A DNA stretch of 64,000 bases, taken from Candidatus Omnitrophota bacterium (lineage in GTDB: Bacteria > Omnitrophota > Gorgyraeia > Zapsychrales > JANLHA01). This document shows, in pieces, positions 12,066-20,387 of this stretch. The position numbers and the translations under genes were made by a program. The stretch lies in contig JBBRHV010000005.1 of assembly GCA_038222225.1 (NCBI GenBank), positions 1,824-65,823 of the forward strand. Reading direction: 5' to 3'. The notes under the pieces are model-generated. The model was not told the origin of the DNA, searched no databases, and saw only the letters and a program-made list of their open reading frames with translations. Within the stretch, counting starts at the first letter, position 1. The number at the start of each line of letters is the position of its first letter.

Positions 12066-12650
12066 ATGATGAGAAAAGGACGAATTATCATTTTATCCGG
12101 TCCATCCGGAGCTGGAAAGACGAGCATTCATGAGCGCCTTTTGAAATCTAAGGCATTGAAAGGAAAGGTGATTCGTTCGGTTTCGATGACCACGAGGAGT
12201 CCCCGTCAAGGGGAAAAAAACGGCGTGGATTACTGGTTCGTTTCAAAGAAGATGTTTGCCTATAAAAGACGAGCGGGCCATTTTCTAGAATCGGAACAGG
12301 TGTTTGACGAATATTACGGGACGCCAGGCTGGCAAGTCAGGACGGCCTTAAAGACCGGAAAAAGCGTGCTGTTATGTATTGATGTTCAAGGAGCGAAAAC
12401 CGTTTTGGCGAAATGCTCGGAAGCGATTTCGGTTTTTGTCAAAGCCCCTTCCCTGAAGGAACTCACGCTACGGCTAAAAAAAAGGGCAACGGAAAAGGAA
12501 AAGGACTTGCGAAAGAGGCTGGATCGCGTTCGAAAGGAGCTGAGGGAGGCGGACCGCTATGATCTAATAGTTGTCAACACCTCGTTGCCTCAAGCGTGTT
12601 GTGAAGTGGAGCAGTTTTTGATCAAAGCCTTGAAAACAAAAAGGTTTTGA
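12066..12650 (+). CDS. gmk: Guanylate kinase
   Basis: SGPSGAGKTS P-loop, SMTTRSPRQGEKNGVDYWF, YYGT, IDVQGA. Start moved to ATG 12066. Confidence 0.95.
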   Translation: MMRKGRIIILSGPSGAGKTSIHERLLKSKALKGKVIRSVSMTTRSPRQGEKNGVDYWFVSKKMFAYKRRAGHFLESEQVFDEYYGTPGWQVRTALKTGKSVLLCIDVQGAKTVLAKCSEAISVFVKAPSLKELTLRLKKRATEKEKDLRKRLDRVRKELREADRYDLIVVNTSLPQACCEVEQFLIKALKTKRF

Positions 12651-12745
12651 CAAAAAAAAGGCAGTATGATATATATATTAACTTCTTTAAAAAATAAAAT
12701 GGGCAGGCTTTTAATAAAATATAAAAAAGTAAGGAGTATTAAGAG

Positions 12746-13015
12746 ATGGGACATCCTCCGATTGAAGAGTTGCTGCCGAAAGCCGGCATGAGTATTTATA
12801 AGTTAGTGCGCTTGGCATCTGTTCGGGCTTCTGAATTAGCAAGCGGCCGCAAGCCCTTGATTGATGTTCCGTTGAACGCAAAGACCGCAACCATTGCTTT
12901 AGAGGAAATTCGTGCCGGGATGGTTGTTCGTGCAGAAGTTCAAGAGCAATTCAGGCCGGTCAAACAACCTCCGGTAGTGAAGGTGGAGCTAGAAGACGAA
13001 GAAGCTCAGGCATAG
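12746..13015 (+). CDS. rpoZ: RNA polymerase omega subunit
   Basis: SIYKLVRLASVRASEL...ATIALEEIRAG; gmk-rpoZ-coaBC synteny; SD AAGGAG. Confidence 0.92.
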   Translation: MGHPPIEELLPKAGMSIYKLVRLASVRASELASGRKPLIDVPLNAKTATIALEEIRAGMVVRAEVQEQFRPVKQPPVVKVELEDEEAQA

Positions 13016-13023
13016 GTCAAAGT

Positions 13024-13569
13024 ATGACTCAGAATAAACGAACAATTGTTGTGTGCGTGACAGGAAGCATTGCAGCCTACAGATCTGCAGAGATTGTTCG
13101 GTTGCTTAAAAAAAAGGGATATGGCGTTAAGGTTGTGATGACGAAGGAAGCGGAATATTTTATCGGTCAAACGACCCTTGAAGCATTGTCCGGCGAGAAA
13201 GTATGGAGTTCGATGTTTGATAAAGAGGCATGGCAGGGAGCCTTGGGACACATTGAATTAGCCAAAGCGGATTTGGTTTTGGTCGCTCCGGCCACAGCGA
13301 ATATTATCGGAAAAATTGCCTCTGGCATTGCGGATGATTTGACGACCTGTTTAGTGATGGCCACTACTGCCCCGGTTGTGTTTGCCCCGGCGATGAATGA
13401 AAATATGTATAACAATCCGATTGTTCAGGAGAATTGTCAAAAACTGAAGAAGCACGGTGCGCATTTTGTCGGACCGGCAACTGGGGACTTGGCCTGCGGA
13501 GTTCACGGAACAGGACATATTGCAGAGACCGAAGAGATTATCGAAACGGTTCAGAAAATTGTTCCTTGA
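13024..13569 (+). CDS. coaC: Phosphopantothenoylcysteine decarboxylase (stand-alone CoaC flavoprotein domain)
   Basis: VTGSIAAYRS, HIELA..DLVLVAPATANIIGK, APAMNENMY, GDLACG; 181 aa, no CoaB half. Confidence 0.88.
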   Translation: MTQNKRTIVVCVTGSIAAYRSAEIVRLLKKKGYGVKVVMTKEAEYFIGQTTLEALSGEKVWSSMFDKEAWQGALGHIELAKADLVLVAPATANIIGKIASGIADDLTTCLVMATTAPVVFAPAMNENMYNNPIVQENCQKLKKHGAHFVGPATGDLACGVHGTGHIAETEEIIETVQKIVP

Positions 13570-13576
13570 AATTTTT

Positions 13577-13647
<71 letters not shown>

Positions 13648-13657
13648 TTATGAAGAT

Positions 13658-13836
13658 TGAGTTTATGGAGAGAGCGGAAGTGAACGAACATAAACTCATA
13701 ACTGAATTAATCCTGCAAAGCAGGATCTTAAAGATGAGTTGCCTTTTGGCCTTTCTTCGCTAAATAATATGCTGGTTTGGCTTTGCAGGGCCCAATTCGC
13801 GCATAAATTTAAGTTCGTTAAAGCCCCATAAACTTA
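13658..13836. repeat. Long nested inverted-repeat element between tRNA-Cys and tRNA-Leu
   Basis: Nested pairs: TGAGTTTATGG 13658-13668 with CCATAAACTTA 13826-13836; AACGAAC 13683-13689 with GTTCGTT 13813-13819; TCCTGCAAAGC 13711-13721 with GCTTTGCAGGG 13780-13790. Three direct copies of CATAAAYTYA. Confidence 0.6.
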
Positions 13837-13845
13837 GTGCTTATT

Positions 13846-13928
13846 GGGCAAGTGGTGGAATGGCATACACGCAGGACTTAAAATCCTGTGGCCGCAAGGT
13901 CGTGTGGGTTCGACTCCCACCTTGCCCA
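13846..13928 (+). tRNA. tRNA-Leu (TAA)
   Basis: GGGCAAG/CTTGCCC acceptor stem, anticodon arm CAGGA-CT TAA AA-TCCTG, long variable arm, GGTTCGACTCC. Confidence 0.95.
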
Positions 13929-13976
13929 TAATGATAAAATTGAAGGTTGGTTGATAGGAATAAAGAAGTGTTTTTG

Positions 13977-14031
13977 GGACCCGTAGCTCAGTTTTAGCCA
14001 GAGGCTGATACGCCTCAGGCGGAGGTTAGAG
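13977..14031 (+). pseudogene. Partial tRNA-Val 5' copy interrupted by a 30-nt hairpin insertion
   Basis: GGACCCGTAGCTCAGTT [13994-14023 insert TTAGCCAGAGGCTGATACGCCTCAGGCGGA] GGTTAGAG. With the insert removed this equals the first 25 nt of the intact tRNA-Val at 14079. Confidence 0.75.
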
Positions 14032-14078
14032 AGGCTGGGCAGAGAGAGCGGGAAAAATTTTGAATTGGTGAAATGTTA

Positions 14079-14155
14079 GGACCCGTAGCTCAGTTGGTTA
14101 GAGCGCTTCCTTGACATGGAAGAGGTCACAAGTTCGAGTCTTGTCGGGTCCACCA
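14079..14155 (+). tRNA. tRNA-Val (GAC)
   Basis: GGACCCG/CGGGTCC acceptor stem, anticodon arm CTTCC-TT GAC AT-GGAAG, AGTTCGAGTCT T-loop, encoded ACCA end. Confidence 0.96.
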
Positions 14156-14207
14156 GAATTCAGTAGATGTTTTGAAGTTTAATTATTAGAAATAGTTCGG
14201 GAAATTT

Positions 14208-15941
14208 ATGGAATATAAAAATTATTTAGATACACTCAGGCATAGTTGCGCGCATGTTATGGCGCAGGCGGTGACATCTCTTTGGCCTGACGTGAAGGTG
14301 GCGATTGGTCCGGCGATTGAAAACGGGTTTTATTATGATTTTGATAAAGCTGAACCGTTCACGGATCAGGATCTGAAAAAAATAGAGAAAGAGATGCAAC
14401 GGATTGTTAACCGCAATCCGAAGCTGGTTCAGACGTTTATGCCTCGGCAAGAAGCGCTTACGTTCTTTGAAAAACACAACGAAATTTATAAAATCGAACT
14501 CATTGCAGGGTTGGAGGATGAGCAGGTTTCTATTTTTACAACCGGTGAGGGCGATTTTGTTGATTTGTGCAAAGGACCGCATGTGCAGAGCGCCGGTGAA
14601 ATCAAGGCGTTTAAACTGCTTTCCGTAGCCGGGGCCTATTGGCGCGGAGATGAAAAAAGGCAGATGTTGCAGCGGATTTACGGAACGTGTTTTGAGGCCA
14701 AAGAAGAGCTGGAGGCCTATCTGAATATGCTGAAAGAGGCGGAGAGACGCGACCATCGAAAGCTCGGAGCTCAGATGGAGCTGTTTCAGATTTATCATGA
14801 ACAGGCTGGGGCTGGGTTGGTTTTTTATCATCCTCAAGGAGCGATGCTGCGTAAGATCATTGAAGATTATGTCCGCGAAAAGCATTTGAAAAGCGGCTAT
14901 CAATTTGTGCAAACGCCCAACATTTTAAAGGGCAAGCTTTGGGAACAAAGCGGGCATGCGGAATATTATCGCGAGAACATGTATTATTTTCATGTGGATG
15001 AAGAGGAATATGCGGTTAAGCCCATGAATTGCCCGGGGCACATGCTCATTTATAATTCAAAGCTTCATTCGTACCGGGAATTTCCGATCCGGTTTTTTGA
15101 ATTGGGAACGGTTTACCGGCAGGAAAAGGCCGGCGTGCTGCATGGACTTTTAAGGGTGCGGGGCTTTACACAGGATGATGCGCATATTTTTTGCCGCGGC
15201 GATCAGCTAAAAAGCGAGATCATCGGTGTTTTAGACTTCGTCTTTGATATGATGAAGGATTTTGGGTTTCAAAATATGGATATTGAAGTCAGCACCAAAC
15301 CGGAAAAATATATCGGCCGGGATGAGGATTGGCTTCATGCGACGGACGCGCTGGAAAGCTCGCTGAAGGAAAAGGCCATCGCGTATAAGATCAATGCAGG
15401 CGACGGTGCGTTCTATGGACCGAAGATCGATATTAAGCTGAAAGATGCCATCGGACGTTCTTGGCAGTGCGCCACGATTCAATGTGATTTTTCTTTGCCG
15501 GAGCGATTTGATTTGACATATATGGATGAAGACGGAACGGCGAAACGGCCGATTATGATCCACCGCGCGGTGCTGGGCAGCGTGGAGCGGTTTATCGGAA
15601 CTCTGATCGAGCATTATGCCGGGAATTTTCCCGCGTGGCTGGCGCCGACGCAGGTCATTGTGATTCCGATCAAGGCAGAGCATGAGGCGTATGCGCAAAG
15701 TGTGATTGAGGATTTACAAAAACAGCAGGTTCGCGTTATAATGGATAGCCGAAATGAGAGTTTAAGCAAGCGGATCCGCGAAAGCACCATGAAAAAGGTT
15801 CCTTATGTTTTGGTGGTGGGAGACAAAGAGCAAACGGAAAAGATGATTTCAGTGCGCAAGCGCGGCAATGAAGATTTAGGGAGCAGGAGCGTTGCGATTT
15901 TTTCACAGCTTATTTTAAAAGAGATACAACACAAGATATAA
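14208..15941 (+). CDS. thrS: Threonine--tRNA ligase (short form without TGS domain)
   Basis: RHSCAHVMAQAV editing motif, DLCKGPH, RDHRKLG, KPMNCPGH, RVRGFTQDDAH, IHRAVLGSVERF. Confidence 0.98.
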   Translation: MEYKNYLDTLRHSCAHVMAQAVTSLWPDVKVAIGPAIENGFYYDFDKAEPFTDQDLKKIEKEMQRIVNRNPKLVQTFMPRQEALTFFEKHNEIYKIELIAGLEDEQVSIFTTGEGDFVDLCKGPHVQSAGEIKAFKLLSVAGAYWRGDEKRQMLQRIYGTCFEAKEELEAYLNMLKEAERRDHRKLGAQMELFQIYHEQAGAGLVFYHPQGAMLRKIIEDYVREKHLKSGYQFVQTPNILKGKLWEQSGHAEYYRENMYYFHVDEEEYAVKPMNCPGHMLIYNSKLHSYREFPIRFFELGTVYRQEKAGVLHGLLRVRGFTQDDAHIFCRGDQLKSEIIGVLDFVFDMMKDFGFQNMDIEVSTKPEKYIGRDEDWLHATDALESSLKEKAIAYKINAGDGAFYGPKIDIKLKDAIGRSWQCATIQCDFSLPERFDLTYMDEDGTAKRPIMIHRAVLGSVERFIGTLIEHYAGNFPAWLAPTQVIVIPIKAEHEAYAQSVIEDLQKQQVRVIMDSRNESLSKRIRESTMKKVPYVLVVGDKEQTEKMISVRKRGNEDLGSRSVAIFSQLILKEIQHKI

Positions 15942-15971
15942 TGAATTGAACCATAAAGAGGAGGTGCTGTC

Positions 15972-16490
15972 ATTCAAAAGTTCGTCCGAGTTAATGAGCG
16001 CATAAGAGCGCCAGAGCTTCGAGTTATTGGTCCGAATTCAGAGCAGTTGGGCGTTGTGGTTTTAAAGAGAGCCTTGGAGCTGGCCCTAGAACAAGAGCTT
16101 GACCTGGTTGAAGTAGCCCCAACGGCAAAACCCCCGGTTTGCCGAATCATGGATTACAGTAAATATAAATATGACCAGGAAAAGAAAGAGCGCCGAGTTA
16201 AAAAGAATCAAAAAGTTTCACATCTGAAACAGATTCGGATCAAGCCGCACATTGACGACCACGATTATCAGGTCAAACTGAAACAGGTTTTGAGTTTTTT
16301 GAACAAACATGATAAGGTCAAAGTGAACTTGTTTTTCCGTGGCCGTGAAATGGCGTTTAGGGATCAAGGAGAAGCGCTGATCAAGCGCTTCATTCAGGAT
16401 ACGGCAGAAGTAGGCGTGCCGGAAAAAAATCCTATGATGGAAGGTCGGATGCTTTCTGTTGTTTTAGCACCGAAAGCAGACAAACAGTAA
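15972..16490 (+). CDS. infC: Translation initiation factor IF-3 (ATT start codon)
   Basis: SD GAGGAGGTG followed by in-frame ATT at 15972, giving IQKFVRVNERIRAPELRVIG...LDLVEVAP...PVCRIMDYSKYKY...FRGRE. Confidence 0.95.
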   Translation: MQKFVRVNERIRAPELRVIGPNSEQLGVVVLKRALELALEQELDLVEVAPTAKPPVCRIMDYSKYKYDQEKKERRVKKNQKVSHLKQIRIKPHIDDHDYQVKLKQVLSFLNKHDKVKVNLFFRGREMAFRDQGEALIKRFIQDTAEVGVPEKNPMMEGRMLSVVLAPKADKQ

Positions 16491-16585
16491 ACCGAGGTTT
16501 AGCACAGTCGGTATAGAATTCTGCAGCAATTCGTTATTTCAACAGCGCGCAGAGAATGTAAATGTAGGAGAAAGGAAAAAGGGAA

Positions 16586-16789
16586 ATGCCTAAATTAAAG
16601 ACAAATCGATCGGCTGCCAAGCGGTTTAAGATCACCAAAACCGGCAAGATCAAGAAACGCAGCGCCAATCGCGGACATATTTTGGGAAAGATGTCCCGAA
16701 AACGTAAACGAAATTTACGTCAAAGCAGTTATTTGGACAAGGTGGAAGAAAAGAGAATAAGGAGGTTGTTGCCATATGGTACGAATTAA
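16586..16789 (+). CDS. rpmI: 50S ribosomal protein L35
   Basis: MPKLKTNRSAAKRFKITKTGK..H.LGK..RKR.LR; infC-rpmI-rplT synteny. Confidence 0.96.
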   Translation: MPKLKTNRSAAKRFKITKTGKIKKRSANRGHILGKMSRKRKRNLRQSSYLDKVEEKRIRRLLPYGTN

Positions 16790-17162
16790 AGCATCCGTTG
16801 CCAGCCGTGCGCGCAAAAAACGCACTATGAAACAGGCTAGAGGGCAATTTGGGCATAGAAGCAAAAGGTTTAGTCAGGCGATCCGTTCCCTTATTAAGGG
16901 TATGGCGTATGCCTATCGGGACCGAAAGGTGAAAAAACGTGAATATAAGGCACTTTGGATTGTCCGTATTAATGCCGCATGTCGCGCAGCCGGGATAACT
17001 TACAGCCGTTTTATGAATGGTTTAACTCGGGCAGGCGTCACTATTAACCGAAAAATGCTGGCCGAAGTGGCAGCCACAGATGAGCAGGGGTTCAACGCTT
17101 TACTTGAACTGTCGAAATCATCCCAAGGCGTGGGTGCTGCTCCTCAAACAGCAACAGCATAA
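16776..17162 (+). CDS. rplT: 50S ribosomal protein L20
   Basis: YAYRDRKVKKREYKALWIVRINAACR...YSRFMNGL...INRKMLAEVA. Confidence 0.96.
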   Translation: MVRIKASVASRARKKRTMKQARGQFGHRSKRFSQAIRSLIKGMAYAYRDRKVKKREYKALWIVRINAACRAAGITYSRFMNGLTRAGVTINRKMLAEVAATDEQGFNALLELSKSSQGVGAAPQTATA

Positions 17163-17184
17163 TATGTACGGATATCGGAAAGAT

Positions 17185-17223
17185 ATGCGGCCCTATTCAT
17201 TTTGAGTAGGGCCGTATTTTTTT
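17185..17223 (+). terminator. Intrinsic terminator after rplT
   Basis: Hairpin ATGCGGCCCTATTC-ATTTT-GAGTAGGGCCGTAT followed by a T-tract. Confidence 0.8.
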
Positions 17224-17231
17224 AAAAGGAT

Positions 17232-17456
17232 ATGGATAGCGCCTCACTAAAAATTTTAACTGATTTATTCGTTCCAGTTTTGATGTGTTATGCGGCGGTT
17301 TTTTTAGGCTTTTTATATATACGTCATAAACTGGCGAAGGGACGATCGAAGAAAACAAAATCTGCGTTAGCCAAGATCGTTTTATGGATTTCGATCGGCG
17401 CGATTGTCGCATTTTTTATCGGCGTGTCTCAGCTGGCAGGAACCATTACGTTCTAA
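17232..17456 (+). CDS. Small hypothetical membrane protein (2 TM)
   Basis: 74 aa with two hydrophobic segments separated by a basic loop; SD AAGGA; fills the gap before trkA. Confidence 0.65.
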   Translation: MDSASLKILTDLFVPVLMCYAAVFLGFLYIRHKLAKGRSKKTKSALAKIVLWISIGAIVAFFIGVSQLAGTITF

Positions 17457-17482
17457 CAGTTCCGGCATAAAGGGAGAGTCCT

Positions 17483-18838
17483 ATGAGAATTATTATTGTT
17501 GGAGCCGGAGTCATCGGCTCAAATCTTGCGAAAGAACTTTCACGTGATCACGAAGTTTATTTGATTGAAGAAGACAAAGCCGCTGCGGCTAAAGTCGAAG
17601 AAAAATTGGACGTGAAAGTTGTCGTCGGCAACGGATCGGATCCATCGGTTTTGACCAAGGTTCCGGTTCATAACGCGGACCTGGTGATTGCGGTCACAAC
17701 CTCGGATGAGACCAATGTGGTTGTCTGTTCTTTGGCCGGAGCGTACGGCGCCAAGCACAAGGTCGCGCGCGTGCGAAACGCATCGCTGGCGAGGGCGCTG
17801 GAGCGATATCGCGGAAAAAATTTTGATATTGATGAGATCATTAATCCGGAAGAGTTGGCGGCAAAAACGATTTTGCAAAGCCTGAAAACACCGGGCGCCC
17901 GTGAGGTGGCGGATTTTGCAAGTGGTAGAATTCTGTTCCGGGTTTTTAATATTTTAGCCGGGTCTCCTTTGGACGGGATGAAACTGTCTTCTCTGCAGGA
18001 GGAGGAATTTCCCTGGCCGTTTTTGATCGTGGCTGTGATGCGAAACCGCGAGGTTTTTTTTCCGAAAGGAGATGCCGTTCTGCAGGCGGAGGACCGCATC
18101 TATGTTCTTCTGCCGAAGCAGTCGGCCGGCGAGTTTTTGACCTTTGTGGATTCAGATGTCCGAAAATGCAAAAAAGTTGTGATTTATGGGGCCGGACAGA
18201 TCGGTCAGAGGCTGGCAACACTTTTGTCCCCGGAAATGGAGGATGTTTGGGTTTTGGATGAGCGTCCGGACAAGGCGGAGGATGCTGCGGCGAAACTGGA
18301 AAAGGTGCGCGTGATCCAGGGCTCGGCCTGTGAAAGCGATATTTTAAAGGAGTGTGGGATCGAAACGGCGGATGCTTTCATTGCCGTGACCGAGGCGGAT
18401 CATTTGAATCTGGTCAGCGCGGTTCTTGCGAAAAAAATGGGCGCCAGAACAACGCTCATTACGACCGCCGCTTCGGATTTTATGTCGATCGTTGGTTTGA
18501 TGAATATTGATGTTGTGACTAATCCGCGGTTTTTGGCGGTTGACCAGATCCTGCGGTTTGTCCGCGGAGCAGGGATCAGCGCGGTGAGCTCGTTTGCGGA
18601 ATGCGACGCGGAGGCCATTGAGTTAATTTCTGAAGAAGGGTCTCCGATCACGCAGGCGCCCTTAAAGAAGCTTTCCTTTCCGAAGGACTCGTTGGTCGGG
18701 GCAGTCTGCCGAGGAGAGGAAGTCGTATTAGCGAACGGCGACCTGCAGATCCAGGCCGGAGAAAAGGTGATTGTTTTTTGCCGGGAGGCAGCGATCAAGA
18801 AAATGAAAGCGCTTTTTACGAAGAAACACATCTTTTAG
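17483..18838 (+). CDS. trkA: Trk potassium transport NAD-binding subunit
   Basis: Two GxGxxG Rossmann RCK_N domains (GAGVIG, GAGQIG), each followed by RCK_C; 451 aa. Confidence 0.94.
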   Translation: MRIIIVGAGVIGSNLAKELSRDHEVYLIEEDKAAAAKVEEKLDVKVVVGNGSDPSVLTKVPVHNADLVIAVTTSDETNVVVCSLAGAYGAKHKVARVRNASLARALERYRGKNFDIDEIINPEELAAKTILQSLKTPGAREVADFASGRILFRVFNILAGSPLDGMKLSSLQEEEFPWPFLIVAVMRNREVFFPKGDAVLQAEDRIYVLLPKQSAGEFLTFVDSDVRKCKKVVIYGAGQIGQRLATLLSPEMEDVWVLDERPDKAEDAAAKLEKVRVIQGSACESDILKECGIETADAFIAVTEADHLNLVSAVLAKKMGARTTLITTAASDFMSIVGLMNIDVVTNPRFLAVDQILRFVRGAGISAVSSFAECDAEAIELISEEGSPITQAPLKKLSFPKDSLVGAVCRGEEVVLANGDLQIQAGEKVIVFCREAAIKKMKALFTKKHIF

Positions 18839-18853
18839 AAAGAGACGCAGCGA

Positions 18854-20308
18854 ATGCATAAAAAACTTATTTTTTATATTGTTTCTCGCATTTTTCTGAT
18901 TGTCAGCTTTTTTTTGTTTTTGCCGTTAGGGTGGGCAGCGCACGATAATCGGTTTAGTGTCGAAACCAATGCGTTTGTTGTTGTTATTTTAGTCGGATTT
19001 TTACTGGTCGCAATCGGACGAAGTCTGTTCTTTGTGAAGAAAATCGATTTCCAGGTCATGAATACCAAAGACGCTTTAGGCGCTGTCGGCCTTATTTGGA
19101 TCTGTTTGTCGCTATGGGGGGCGTTGCCGCTTTGGTTAAGCAACGTAGTCCCTTGCTTTACAGATGCTGTGTTTGAAATCGTCAGTGGGTTTACGACCAC
19201 AGGGGCCTCGATTTTTACCGATGTTGAGATCCTTCCTCGTGGGATTTTATTTTGGAGAAGCCTGACGCATTGGCTGGGAGGGGTCGGGGTTGTGGTTTTA
19301 TACGTAGCCCTTTTGCCGGCGTTCGGCGGAAGCGCCTATCAGCTTTATAAAGCTGAGACCTCGGGGGTGTCCAAAGATCGGGTGGTTCCGCGCCTTAAGG
19401 AAAACGCGAAGATTCTTTGGGTCGTTTTTTGTTTTCTTTCCCTGGCGTGCTTTTTGTTTTTATTTTTTGGTGGAATGCCGGTTTTTGATGCCCTTTGCCA
19501 CACCTTCGGCGCTATTGCCACCGGCGGGTTTTCGACAAAAAACGCCAGTATCGGAGCTTATGGGCCCTATGTTCAATGGGTGATCACGGTTTTTATGTTT
19601 TTAGGGGGCGTCAATTTTTTGCTGTATTACCGTCTTTTTTTAGGGAACCCGCTTTCGTTATTGAAGGATGAAGAGTTCCGTGCTTTTGGCAGCGGGGTTG
19701 CCTTTTTTTCCGTCGTATTTGCGCTGGTGCTATGGAAGTCCCAGCTCAGCAGCGCGCCTTTCAGGGATGCTTCTTTTCAGGTTGTTTCGATCTTGACAGC
19801 GACGGGTTTTGCCACAAAGGATTTTGATCTTTGGCCGGATCTTTTAAGGGGATTGCTGCTGTTTTTTATGTTTGTCGGAGCGTGTGCCGGGTCTACTAGC
19901 GGGGGGTTTAAAATCGTGAGGCTGCTTTTGACCTCGAAGGTCGGGATTCATTCCATAACAAAATCGATCTTCCCAAATGCGGTTGTTCCGATCCGCTATA
20001 ACGGAACAGCCGTCTCAGAAAAAATGGTCTTAAGCGTTTTAACGTATTTCAGTTTATATATGTTTTTGATCTTTTCGGGAACTTTTTTTCTGCTGATGTT
20101 TGATTCGACCGATATGCTTACGGCTGTCTCTGCGGTGGTTTCGGCGATCAGCAGCGTTGGACCGGGGTTGGCGCACGTTGGGCCCATGCAGAATTTTGCC
20201 TGGTTATCTATTCCGAGCAAATGGGTTTTGATTTTTTTGATGCTGGCCGGGCGCCTGGAGCTGTATGCGATTTTGATTTTATTCATTCCGGCCACCTGGA
20301 GGAAATAA
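18854..20308 (+). CDS. trkH: Trk potassium uptake membrane subunit
   Basis: FEIVSGFTTTGAS, WRSLTHWLGG, ATGGFS, GACAGSTSGGFK, LMLAGRLE. Confidence 0.95.
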   Translation: MHKKLIFYIVSRIFLIVSFFLFLPLGWAAHDNRFSVETNAFVVVILVGFLLVAIGRSLFFVKKIDFQVMNTKDALGAVGLIWICLSLWGALPLWLSNVVPCFTDAVFEIVSGFTTTGASIFTDVEILPRGILFWRSLTHWLGGVGVVVLYVALLPAFGGSAYQLYKAETSGVSKDRVVPRLKENAKILWVVFCFLSLACFLFLFFGGMPVFDALCHTFGAIATGGFSTKNASIGAYGPYVQWVITVFMFLGGVNFLLYYRLFLGNPLSLLKDEEFRAFGSGVAFFSVVFALVLWKSQLSSAPFRDASFQVVSILTATGFATKDFDLWPDLLRGLLLFFMFVGACAGSTSGGFKIVRLLLTSKVGIHSITKSIFPNAVVPIRYNGTAVSEKMVLSVLTYFSLYMFLIFSGTFFLLMFDSTDMLTAVSAVVSAISSVGPGLAHVGPMQNFAWLSIPSKWVLIFLMLAGRLELYAILILFIPATWRK

Positions 20309-20387
20309 TCAGCGGGTCGGAGCTGGCATCACAGTTGGTTTAATGTTATAATGCAGCAGCATTTTTATTTTACGATAAGGACAGGCG

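Noticed and set aside
12647-12679. rpoZ promoter TTGACA...TATATA
   Set aside because: The -35 box is perfect but the -10 position is ambiguous within an AT run, so it was not listed as a feature.
13977-14031. Partial tRNA copy as a prophage or island att site
   Set aside because: It is the 5' part, only 102 bp from the intact gene, with no integrase or cargo between them.
14156-14207. T-box leader before thrS (and likewise before pheS)
   Set aside because: The spacers are too short and no T-box sequence or terminator/antiterminator is visible.
16491-16585. Possible L20-binding leader between infC and rpmI
   Set aside because: Only weak hairpins (ACCGA/TCGGT) are visible; cannot be supported without a covariance model.
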